Shown here piece by piece: positions 1 through 7,500 of a stretch of 64,000 nt of DNA. The notes under the pieces are model-generated. The model was given only the letters and a program-made list of their open reading frames with translations. It was not told the DNA's origin and made no database searches. Every line of letters starts with the position of its first letter. Position 1 is the first letter of the stretch. Position numbers and translations under genes: made by a program. Source of the DNA: Eubacteriales bacterium (GTDB taxonomy: Bacteria > Bacillota > Clostridia > Lachnospirales > JAKSVV01); the NCBI GenBank assembly GCA_031549455.1, contig JAVBPT010000005.1, positions 31,993-95,992 on the forward strand, read 5' to 3'.

Positions 1-656
1 TCTCAACTGTGGCAGGACACGCCGGAAAGCTTGTTTTTGGCCATGTGGGAGAGAGAAGGGTGCTGATGATGCAAGGACGATTTCATTACTATGAGGGGTA
101 CAAGCTAGAAGAAACCACCTTTCCAATCCGCGTGATGCAGAGTTTAAAAATTGGGAAGTTAATTGTAACCAATGCAGCTGGAGCGATCAATCAAAAATTT
201 AAGCCGGGGGATATCATTTTAATAAAGGATCACATGAATCTAACCGGAAATAATCCGCTCGTCGGACAGAACCTTGAGACCTTTGGGGTTCGTTTTCCGG
301 ATATGAGCGTGGCATATGATGAGGAATTCATCCTTTTGGCAAAAAAAGTTGCCAAAAGGGAGAAGATACGAGTTCAAGAGGGTGTCTACGCTTATATGAC
401 AGGGCCTTGTTATGAGACACCGAGTGAGGTAAGAATGTTGCGAGGGCTTGGGGCAGATATGGTGGGGATGTCCACCGTGCCGGAAGTGGTGATCGCAAGA
501 CACGGGAAAATGAGGGTACTTGGGATTACCTGTGCCACCAATATGGCGGCAGGGATCTTAAAACAGCCGCTCGATCATAAAGAGGTGATCGAAACCGCAA
601 ACAGGGTAAAGGATAGAATGATTCGTTACACAAAGGAGATTATTAAAGAAATATGA
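1..656 (+). CDS. punA: Purine nucleoside phosphorylase (trimeric PNP/PunA type), 5' end cut by window edge
   Basis: The frame is open to the window start. Motifs VTNAAGAIN, GPCYETPSEVRML and GADMVGMSTVPEV are typical of inosine/guanosine PNP. Confidence 0.9.
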   Translation, partial: STVAGHAGKLVFGHVGERRVLMMQGRFHYYEGYKLEETTFPIRVMQSLKIGKLIVTNAAGAINQKFKPGDIILIKDHMNLTGNNPLVGQNLETFGVRFPDMSVAYDEEFILLAKKVAKREKIRVQEGVYAYMTGPCYETPSEVRMLRGLGADMVGMSTVPEVVIARHGKMRVLGITCATNMAAGILKQPLDHKEVIETANRVKDRMIRYTKEIIKEI

Positions 657-946
657 AGATGAAAATTGGAATTGCCTGCATTTTTTTATTGCTTTTTGTA
701 ACTTTCATTTATAAGTTTGCGTCTACTCCAAGAGAGGACGTAAAAATTCAGGTGTTCCATTTAAATACAGCGACCAAAGAGGACCTTATGAAGCTAAATG
801 GTGTTGGGAGTGCGATTGCAGATCGGATTCTGACATATAGGGAGACAGCTGGGTTTACAAAAAAAGAGGACATCAAGAAGGTAAAAGGCATTGGTGATAA
901 ATTATATGAAAAAATTAAAAAAAATATAGAAGTGGAGGCAAAATGA
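653..946 (+). CDS. ComEA-like helix-hairpin-helix DNA-binding protein with N-terminal membrane anchor
   Basis: It has a hydrophobic N-terminus and tandem HhH signatures (LMKLNGVGSAIADRIL, IKKVKGIGDKLYEKI). The ATGA overlap with the punA stop suggests coupling. Confidence 0.7.
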   Translation: MKMKIGIACIFLLLFVTFIYKFASTPREDVKIQVFHLNTATKEDLMKLNGVGSAIADRILTYRETAGFTKKEDIKKVKGIGDKLYEKIKKNIEVEAK

Positions 947-1599
947 TAGAGCCAGTAAAAAAAGATGTTGAGCTTAGTTTTATCCCAGATAAAGAAAACG
1001 CCACCATCACACTTGCCCAAAATGGGAACAGTAAGGCGTTTGAGAATCTGGTAAGCGAATACGAAGGATATGTATATAATCTCGCCTACAATTTCTTTAA
1101 CAATACGCTAGATGCTCAGGATGCAACACAAGAAATTTTTGTTAAAGTGTTTAAAAACATAGAAAAGTTTAACTATAAGTCAAAATTTAAAACGTGGCTC
1201 TATAAGATTGCTATTAATACTTGTATTGATGAACTTAGAAAGAAAAAAGAACGTTACTTTGAATATGTGGACATTGAAACTGAAAATGACAAGTTGCAGG
1301 AATTTCCAGATATCCGCGGCAAGTCCCCAGAAGAATTGTTGGAAGAAAAAGAACTGAGGCTTGAGCTCAAAAAGATTATTAAAAATTTACCAATGAAATA
1401 TAGAGTGCCGATTGTTTTGAGAGATATGCAAGGCCTTGCCTATGCGGAAATTGCGGATGCGCTTTCTTTAAATGAGAACACGGTAAAGGTAAGAATCAAC
1501 AGGGGAAGAAGTATGCTTCGGGAAAAACTTACAAAATTGATGAAACAAAATGATAAGCTTCTCAGTCTAATTAGTAAAAAGAAAGAGAGGATGATCTGA
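943..1599 (+). CDS. ECF-type sigma-70 family RNA polymerase sigma factor
   Basis: Region 2 (DAQDATQEIFVKVF, WLYKIAINTCID) and region 4 (LAYAEIADALSLNENTVKVRINRGR) are both present. A GGAGG RBS precedes the start. Confidence 0.85.
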   Translation: MIEPVKKDVELSFIPDKENATITLAQNGNSKAFENLVSEYEGYVYNLAYNFFNNTLDAQDATQEIFVKVFKNIEKFNYKSKFKTWLYKIAINTCIDELRKKKERYFEYVDIETENDKLQEFPDIRGKSPEELLEEKELRLELKKIIKNLPMKYRVPIVLRDMQGLAYAEIADALSLNENTVKVRINRGRSMLREKLTKLMKQNDKLLSLISKKKERMI

Positions 1600-2822
1600 T
1601 GCATTGCGGAAAAATGAAAAAAGTTATGTTTATGTATCTTGAAAAAAGTCTCCCTGAAAAACAGATGAAAAAGATTGAAGATCATTTAAAAACATGTAGT
1701 AAGTGCAAAGAAGCTTATGCTAAGACCGAAAATATGATTAATGTACTAAGGAGTAGCGAACCCAAAGCAGTACCGAAAGATCTGCATAAAAACATTATGA
1801 GAGAGATTGAAAATCTAGATACGGCGAATGATATAAGAAATCAAGAAATCAAGCACAGTTTTCGAAATTTTGCTAGAGGAACCGGGATTGTGATTGCAAC
1901 CTTATTTATCTTCCTACTAGTGATTACCGTATTTGATAAAACGGGAGGGGTTAACCTGCCAGAAATCAATTTCAGCGGGATGCAACAAAACCTTACAAAG
2001 ATGATTTCTCCGTCCACCGCGCAAAATGCAAAAAAGAATGAAGAATTAAGAACGTATGATATGGCAGAAAGTGAAGAGATGGGCATCTCGGGAGTAACAA
2101 GCGATGCCCCAATGAACATTAAAAAGACAGCAGATAAAGAGATTAAACAGGGCAGCAGTAGTATAGAAGTGGTTGACATGGATCAAACTATGACAGAAAT
2201 AGAGACCCTCATTCAAAAGTATAATGCCTATGTGGAATCCAGAAATATTTATGTTTATAGCAATACAGCACAGGGGAGGGATCTAAAAAATGCAAATATG
2301 ACCATTCGGGTTGAACGAGATAAGTTCATGGACTTATCAGCTGAAATCTACAAGCTCGGCAGGGTGACTTCAACCAATGAGACCATCACAAATGTGACCA
2401 AGAGTTACGTTGACATTGAGAACAGAATAGACCTTCTAGAAACCCAACTGGAGTCCTTAAAAGAGGTCCTCAAAAAGGCGACTAAGATGGAAGATATTTT
2501 GCTCATTATGGAAAACATCAATAGTACGACAAATGAGCTTGAGTACTATAAATCACAAAAGGTAAATCTAAATGATCAGGTGGAGTATTCTTACCTCAAT
2601 CTAAACATAGCAGAGGTATTAGACTACAAAGAGATTAGAAAACAAGATGGCACGTTTATTGAGAAAGCAAAACAAAGCCTTGTAATGGCGACCAATAACC
2701 TAGTGCTGAATGTTGAAGAATTTGTATTATGGATCCTGGCAAATATCTTTAATATCACGATTACATTGGTCATTTTATTCGTTCTATTTATAGTTATAAA
2801 ATTGATTTTTAAAAGGAGGTAA
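1599..2822 (+). CDS. Anti-sigma factor: N-terminal zf-HC2 motif, central TM, DUF4349-like coiled-coil domain, C-terminal TM
   Basis: The start overlaps the sigma gene stop. The motif HLKTCSKCKEAY gives H-x3-C-x2-C. Hydrophobic segments lie mid-protein and at the C-terminus. The DUF4349 assignment is from memory of that family's architecture. Confidence 0.65.
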   Translation: MHCGKMKKVMFMYLEKSLPEKQMKKIEDHLKTCSKCKEAYAKTENMINVLRSSEPKAVPKDLHKNIMREIENLDTANDIRNQEIKHSFRNFARGTGIVIATLFIFLLVITVFDKTGGVNLPEINFSGMQQNLTKMISPSTAQNAKKNEELRTYDMAESEEMGISGVTSDAPMNIKKTADKEIKQGSSSIEVVDMDQTMTEIETLIQKYNAYVESRNIYVYSNTAQGRDLKNANMTIRVERDKFMDLSAEIYKLGRVTSTNETITNVTKSYVDIENRIDLLETQLESLKEVLKKATKMEDILLIMENINSTTNELEYYKSQKVNLNDQVEYSYLNLNIAEVLDYKEIRKQDGTFIEKAKQSLVMATNNLVLNVEEFVLWILANIFNITITLVILFVLFIVIKLIFKRR

Positions 2823-2825
2823 GTT

Positions 2826-3581
2826 ATGAATTCTAAAAACAAAATTTTGATTGCACTTTGTGTACTATTTATCTTTAGTCTGGGTGTTTTCGGAACAAGA
2901 TATTTTGAAAGAGGAAGTGTTTCAAAAGCGGAAGAAGTAAACATGGAAAATACGATTACCGTAAATGCTGAGGGGATTTACCGAATCGCACCGGATATCG
3001 CAAATTTAAGTCTTGGGGTGAGCATTGAAAAGACCACAGCAAAGGCAGCGCAAGACGAAGTGACCAGAATTATGAATGCAACCATCGATGAGCTTGGAAA
3101 ACAAGGAATTGATAAAAAGGATATGCAAACCGCTAGCATTAGCATCTATCCAGTATATGATTACAATCCCAACAATGGAAGTAGAACGCTGAAGGGTTAT
3201 AATGTGAGCAATACACTGAATGTCAAGGTAAAAGATCTAACAAAAGTTGGCAATTTGCTTGACATTGCGATTGGAAAAGGTATAAACTCAGATGTGAGCA
3301 TCAACTTTGCATTAGATGATCCAACCAGCGCATATGAAAATGCCTTAAAGCTTGCCACTAAAAGAGGAGAGGCCAAAGCCAAGGTTCTGGCAGACTCGAT
3401 TGGTGTGAAGGTAAATAAACCCTTGATGGTGTCAGAAGGTACGACATCGTATTATGCACCATCCATTCGAAATTACTTAACAAATGGGGCAATGGCAGAA
3501 AGTGATCAAAGCTCTTCTGTACCGATTGAAGCGGGCCAACTTGAGATGAGGGCGCAAGTAACCATGGTTTATAAATATTAA
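2826..3581 (+). CDS. SIMPL/DUF541 family secreted protein
   Basis: It has a signal-like N-terminus, and its size and sequence pattern (ITVNAEG...APDIANLSLGV...EAGQLEMRAQVTMVY) are typical of the SIMPL family. Confidence 0.7.
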   Translation: MNSKNKILIALCVLFIFSLGVFGTRYFERGSVSKAEEVNMENTITVNAEGIYRIAPDIANLSLGVSIEKTTAKAAQDEVTRIMNATIDELGKQGIDKKDMQTASISIYPVYDYNPNNGSRTLKGYNVSNTLNVKVKDLTKVGNLLDIAIGKGINSDVSINFALDDPTSAYENALKLATKRGEAKAKVLADSIGVKVNKPLMVSEGTTSYYAPSIRNYLTNGAMAESDQSSSVPIEAGQLEMRAQVTMVYKY

Positions 3582-3589
3582 AAAAACTA

Positions 3590-3617
3590 TAAAGAAATCT
3601 TAAAGTATTCCGATATA
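3590..3617 (+). promoter_or_regulatory. Sigma-D (sigma-28)-type promoter candidate for flgM
   Basis: TAAA (3590-3593), a 16-nt spacer, then CCGATATA (3610-3617). This matches the TAAA-N15-GCCGATAA class and lies 38 nt upstream of the flgM start. Confidence 0.5.
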
Positions 3618-3655
3618 TATATCAGGATACCAAATTTAAGAAAGAGGTGGCTAAC

Positions 3656-3928
3656 ATGGATGTTAGAAAAGTTGAAGCAGCATACGGTGTAAATCATATT
3701 TCAAAAGCCAATAAAACGGATAATGTAAAGCACGTGACGCCTACCATGGGGAAAGATAAAGTTAGTCTTACAGGAGTGGCAAGCGATTTTAAGCTAGCAT
3801 TGAATGCAGCCAGAGAGGTAAGTGACGTGAGAGAAGATTTAGTAAACGACATCAAGGAAAGAATGGACAATGGAACGTATGAATATGACATGGATGCTCT
3901 TATCGAAAAAATGGTAAGTAAAAAGTAA
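3656..3928 (+). CDS. flgM: Anti-sigma-28 factor FlgM
   Basis: A small protein with the characteristic C-terminal helix region (REDLVNDIKERMDNGTYEYDMDALIEKM). An AAGAGG RBS lies 8 nt before the ATG at 3656, and the track's GTG at 3647 is less likely. Confidence 0.75.
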   Translation: MDVRKVEAAYGVNHISKANKTDNVKHVTPTMGKDKVSLTGVASDFKLALNAAREVSDVREDLVNDIKERMDNGTYEYDMDALIEKMVSKK

Positions 3929-3944
3929 AACAAAACCCTATTAT

Positions 3945-3973
3945 AAAAAAGGACTCACCAAGGTCCTTTTTTG
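3945..3973 (+). terminator. Intrinsic terminator after flgM
   Basis: AAAAAGGAC-loop-GTCCTTTTTT hairpin followed by a T-run. Confidence 0.7.
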
Positions 3974-3985
3974 CATATTTTGCTC

Positions 3986-4014
3986 TTGACAATCATATAA
4001 TAATCGTATACTAT
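3986..4014 (+). promoter_or_regulatory. Sigma-A promoter candidate driving the 4021-4378 unit
   Basis: TTGACA (3986-3991), a 17-nt spacer, then TACTAT (4009-4014). Confidence 0.5.
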
Positions 4015-4020
4015 AGGTAC

Positions 4021-4378
4021 ATATTATTTGACATGATTCGACAAAAACCAACAAAAGGCTCAACGTCGAGTGATGACTGATGATATAATATTATTACAAG
4101 GAGCTGAAAAAGAGTGTACAGCGAAAGGATCAACACGCCGGCACACTACCTTCCGCCAGTCGCAAAATGGCAGGAACCTCAACCCAAGAGGATCAGTATG
4201 AGTAAGGAAGCCGCTATGAAGGATCAACACGTTAAAGCGCGTGGACGCGGTTCCAGAACAAAAGCAGGAACGCCTAGCGAGGCCAAATAATATTATATTC
4301 GATCTTTTCGTCACGGTGAAAAGGTCATAAATTAAAAAAAGAGGAGTGCGCTCTCTACTGAGGGCCCTCCCCTTTTTT
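4021..4378 (+). ncRNA. Candidate stand-alone structured sRNA with two tandem homologous domains, GGA-rich; family not recognised
   Basis: The unit has its own promoter and terminator and is visibly GC-richer than its flanks. A 13-bp perfect long-range inverted repeat pairs 4083-4095 with 4286-4298. Two 94-nt tandem units share AAGGATCAACACG (4125, 4219) and GCAGGAAC (4170, 4264). A hairpin lies at 4301-4326. There are 9 GGA motifs. The alternative reading is a 58-codon GTG ORF at 4114..4290. Confidence 0.45.
4334..4378. terminator. Bidirectional intrinsic terminator shared by the + RNA unit and the - small ORF
   Basis: An imperfect GC-rich stem (GGAGTGCGCTC / GAGGGCCCTCC) is flanked by an A7 run upstream and a T6 run downstream. 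Confidence 0.6.
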
Positions 4379-4381
4379 ATA

Positions 4382-4543
4382 CTAACAACAATGTCTGTGA
4401 TGACGTTTGTGATGTCTATGATGACGTCTGCAACAACAATCCCTTTCGCAGCAGTCATTGTCTCTTCTACAACAGTCGTCTTCTCTTCTAACCCACATGC
4501 ATCTGCATTCATCAAAATCGCATCCATTATTACATCTAAACAT
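4382..4543 (-). CDS. Unannotated 53-aa Cys/His/Arg-rich small protein (MFRCNNGCDFDECRCMWVRREDDCCRRDNDCCERDCCCRRHHRHHKRHHRHCC)
   Basis: A GAGGTGA RBS lies 5 nt upstream of the ATG at 4543. The TAG stop at 4382-4384 abuts the bidirectional terminator. It uses AGA-dominated Arg codons like its neighbours. It is shorter than the ORF-track cutoff. Confidence 0.5.
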   Translation of the reverse strand: MFRCNNGCDFDECRCMWVRREDDCCRRDNDCCERDCCCRRHHRHHKRHHRHCC

Positions 4544-4943
4544 ATAATCACCTCTATTCGTTTTCGAGCTAGCTTGGTGAAAACTACTAACTTCAAAAAT
4601 ACAGATCTTATTTATAATTTGATTTAAAAATTACCATATCTTATCTATTTATCGCTACTTTCAGTTTTTTAACTGATTAGGGTAAGAGTAGGTCACCTTG
4701 CCCCTCTAATATTTTATAATAAACTATATGCCCCAAAATAAAACTAGTTACAGCTTTTTGCAAATAAGATACAAACAGATCATAAAAGGTCAAAAAGTGT
4801 CGATCACTTCTTAAAATAATAATTGAAAATAATAGATATAAATGTTAGAATATTATTATAAAGGCAAAAAAATATCGAAACTTGCGACGAATCAGGGCTA
4901 AGCTTGCTAAAAACAAAGGGCGATATAGAGTATAGGAGTGAAA

Positions 4944-5792
4944 ATGGCACCGCAAATTTATTTTCCGAATCTTAATCTGAAGTTTAATGTTGGCAATGTG
5001 GCATTTGAAGTGATGGGCATCAAAGTGTATTATTATGGTCTACTGATCGCGTTCTCAATTCTTCTTGGATACATTTTATTAGAAAATAAGCTCAAGAAGA
5101 GAGGAGAAAAGATAGAGGATTATGTAAACTATATTATTACAGTAATATTCATGTCAATCGTGGGGGCAAGAGCCTATTATGTTCTCTTCTCCTGGGACTA
5201 TTATAGTCAACATAAGCTTCAGATCTTCAATCTTCGAAACGGGGGCATTGCAATCTATGGAGCCATCTTAGCAGCTATTCTTACGACCATTGTATACTGC
5301 AGGATTAAAAAAATCCAATTTCTAAGCTTTGCGGATACGCTGGCACCCTACTTGGTGCTTGGTCAGGCGATCGGAAGATGGGGCAACTTCTTTAATAAAG
5401 AAGCGTTTGGAGGGTACACAGACAACCTAGTTGCCATGGCAATCCGAAGCGATGTTGCGGGATATATGGAACATGTAACGCATGTGCGGTACTTTGATCA
5501 AGATTACATACAGGTGCATCCAACCTTTTTGTATGAATCCATCGCCTGCTTCTTGATATTTGCACTTCTTGTAAACTGCAAACAAAAAATGGATGGTCAG
5601 GTTGTACTCAGTTATCTATTCTTTTATTCGCTGGCTCGGTTTTTTATTGAGGGATTAAGAGTAGACCAATTACAAGTACAACATTATCCGATTTCACAAA
5701 TTGTGGCTATTTTATTAATGCTGATTAGTTCAACTTTATACCTATGGGAAAGGAGGAAAGCATGGAAAAAGAAAGAAGAAACCAAATCCTAG
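4944..5792 (+). CDS. lgt: Prolipoprotein diacylglyceryl transferase
   Basis: It contains the GRWGNFFNKEAFG signature and is a multi-TM protein. An AGGAG RBS favours the ATG at 4944 over the GTG at 4938. Confidence 0.9.
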   Translation: MAPQIYFPNLNLKFNVGNVAFEVMGIKVYYYGLLIAFSILLGYILLENKLKKRGEKIEDYVNYIITVIFMSIVGARAYYVLFSWDYYSQHKLQIFNLRNGGIAIYGAILAAILTTIVYCRIKKIQFLSFADTLAPYLVLGQAIGRWGNFFNKEAFGGYTDNLVAMAIRSDVAGYMEHVTHVRYFDQDYIQVHPTFLYESIACFLIFALLVNCKQKMDGQVVLSYLFFYSLARFFIEGLRVDQLQVQHYPISQIVAILLMLISSTLYLWERRKAWKKKEETKS

Positions 5793-5929
5793 AAATGCAA
5801 GAAATGAAGAAACAACTTAACTGTATGGTGGTAGAAAATAAAGACTATCAAGAAATCTACGACATCAGTGTAAAGCTAGATCAACTGATTATGGCATACT
5901 ATGACAAAAAGCTTAAAAAAACAGTATGA
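5762..5929 (+). CDS. Spo0E-like sporulation regulatory aspartyl-phosphate phosphatase
   Basis: A ~55-aa helical protein with the pattern IxxLRxxL...SxxLDxLI (ILEMQEMKKQL...SVKLDQLIMAYY). An AGGAGG RBS precedes the ATG at 5762, and the gene overlaps the lgt 3' end. Confidence 0.6.
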   Translation: MEKERRNQILEMQEMKKQLNCMVVENKDYQEIYDISVKLDQLIMAYYDKKLKKTV

Positions 5930-6768
5930 TCATAATAGATGGAAAGAGTACAGCTGAAAAAATAAAAAGCAAGTTGAAAATGGAAGTTGAGCGCATTAAG
6001 AAAAATGGAGTTTGTATAAAACTAGTTGTTGTACTTGTTGGAGAGGACTACGCCTCTCAAAAATATGTTGCAAGCAAAGAAAAGGCTTGTCTTGAGGTGG
6101 GGATCGAGTCAGAAGTGTATCGTCTAAGGGAAACAACCACAGAAGAAGAGCTTATAGAACTCATTCAGAAGCTAAATCGGGATGATGCTGTCACGGGAAT
6201 CCTGGTGCAGTTACCATTACCAAAACAAATACGGGAAATAGAAATCATGAAAAAAATGGATCCCCAAAAAGATGTGGATGGCTTTCATCCAGAAAATGTT
6301 GGATTATTACATCTTGGCATGCCGTATATGATTCCATGTACACCTCTTGGAATTGTACATTTATTAGAGGAATATCAGATTCAGATAGAGGGAAAAAACT
6401 GTGTGATTCTTGGGAGGAGCAATATTGTTGGAAAGCCAATGGCATCGCTACTCATCGGGAAGAATGGGACTGTCACGGTTTGTCATTCCAAAACCAAGAA
6501 TCTAGAAGAGGTGACGAGGGAGGCAGATATCTTGATTGCGGCGATTGGGAAACCAAGGTTTGTAAAGAAAGAAATGGTTCGCCAAGATGCTGTATTAATC
6601 GATGTGGGAATAAACAAAAATGAAGAGGGGAAGACTTGCGGGGATGTTGACTTTGAGGACTGTAGCCAGAAGGCTTCCCATATTTCCAAAGTACCTGGGG
6701 GAGTGGGACCGATGACGATTGTCACCCTCCTTGAAAACTGTGTTGAGATCGCAAAAAGAAGTGTATAA
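5926..6768 (+). CDS. folD: Bifunctional methylenetetrahydrofolate dehydrogenase/cyclohydrolase
   Basis: It shows full-length FolD-like sequence (YVASKEKAC, GILVQLPLP, DVDGFHP, GGVGPMT). Confidence 0.9.
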   Translation: MIIIDGKSTAEKIKSKLKMEVERIKKNGVCIKLVVVLVGEDYASQKYVASKEKACLEVGIESEVYRLRETTTEEELIELIQKLNRDDAVTGILVQLPLPKQIREIEIMKKMDPQKDVDGFHPENVGLLHLGMPYMIPCTPLGIVHLLEEYQIQIEGKNCVILGRSNIVGKPMASLLIGKNGTVTVCHSKTKNLEEVTREADILIAAIGKPRFVKKEMVRQDAVLIDVGINKNEEGKTCGDVDFEDCSQKASHISKVPGGVGPMTIVTLLENCVEIAKRSV

Positions 6769-6815
6769 CTTCTTTTTTTGATCATATTTTAACACGGTTT
6801 TGGAACAATAAAAAG

Positions 6816-7454
6816 ATGATAAAAGAATTAAAACAAGAAGCCAAAAATCGCTTGCAGGATAAATGGAATAAATGCGCCTTCTTTGGGTTGCTTCACTTCC
6901 TTTTCAACTCCATTTTGCTGATCTCGGTTATGAAGCTGGTAATGGACCTAATCGACATTGATAACCTCTTTCTGTCTATTGGGATAGAAGCACCTGTGAC
7001 CTTATATATTTTTAACATTTTCACATCTGTGACGGACTTTGGCTATGCAAAATTTTTGATGAACATAGCGCAAAAAAGAGAAAGGTTTAGCGATCTTTTT
7101 TATCCATTTAGAAGTATAAGATTGCTGTATAAACTGATACTATTAGAAATATATAAACAAACCAAAATCTTTTTATACAGCCTGCTTTTTTTGGTTCCGG
7201 GAATCATGTCAAAAATCAAATTTGAACTGATACACTATTGTATGGTTCAAAATGAAACCCTTTCTTTCTTTGAAATTCTTCGTTTGAACAAAAAGATTAC
7301 AAAGGGAGAGACATTCCGTTTGATTAAAATTTTGATCAGTTTTATTCCGATCTACTTACTCACCTTATTTAGCTTTGGGATTCTTGGGTTTTGGTTAGAA
7401 CATTATATAAAAATGACACTGTTGGTTTATTATGAAAAATTAAGAACCAATTGA
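6816..7454 (+). CDS. DUF975 family integral membrane protein
   Basis: The N-terminal pattern (IKELKQEAKNRLQDKWNK) and multi-TM layout are typical of DUF975. Confidence 0.6.
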   Translation: MIKELKQEAKNRLQDKWNKCAFFGLLHFLFNSILLISVMKLVMDLIDIDNLFLSIGIEAPVTLYIFNIFTSVTDFGYAKFLMNIAQKRERFSDLFYPFRSIRLLYKLILLEIYKQTKIFLYSLLFLVPGIMSKIKFELIHYCMVQNETLSFFEILRLNKKITKGETFRLIKILISFIPIYLLTLFSFGILGFWLEHYIKMTLLVYYEKLRTN

Positions 7455-7500
7455 CTTTATAAAGTTTTTTGATAATATTAAATTAATGGAGGGATGTAAA

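Noticed and set aside
4114-4290. A 58-codon ORF (GTG start; MYSERINTPAHYLPPVAKWQEPQPKRISMSKEAAMKDQHVKARGRGSRTKAGTPSEAK) with an AAGGAG 10 nt upstream. It lies inside the RNA candidate and could be a small basic SASP-like protein.
   Set aside because: It is not excluded but is less favoured. It has a GTG start with long spacing. Third-position GC is about 53% by my count, with rare AGG, CCG, ACG and CGC codons unlike neighbouring genes. The two 13-nt and 8-nt repeat blocks sit 94 nt apart, in different frames, so they are not a protein repeat. The stop codon lies inside the 13-bp closing helix. Comparative or Ribo-seq data are needed.
4021-4378. Identity with known RNAs. GATTCGAC at 4035-4042 resembles the tmRNA 5' end, GGAAGCCGC resembles the SRP helix 8 side, and I considered cobalamin, glycine, c-di-AMP, glutamine and RAT-like elements because of the tandem symmetry.
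   Set aside because: None of the hallmark motifs is present. Missing are the tmRNA GGGG start and tRNA-like CCA end, the SRP GGAA tetraloop context, the B12 box GCCACTG, the glycine ACCGAAGGGGCAA, and the ydaO ACGGGGA/CCCGAAUCC. RAT spacing is also wrong. No downstream gene follows before the terminator, so a cis-riboswitch is unlikely.
4060-4627. The track ORFs 4060..4596(-) of 178 aa and 4346..4627(+) of 93 aa.
   Set aside because: The first has a TTG start and no RBS. Both run straight through a terminator and the GC-rich RNA candidate, and their products are low-complexity. They are stop-codon-poor by-products of the GAC/GAT/TGT/CAT-biased small ORF in another frame.
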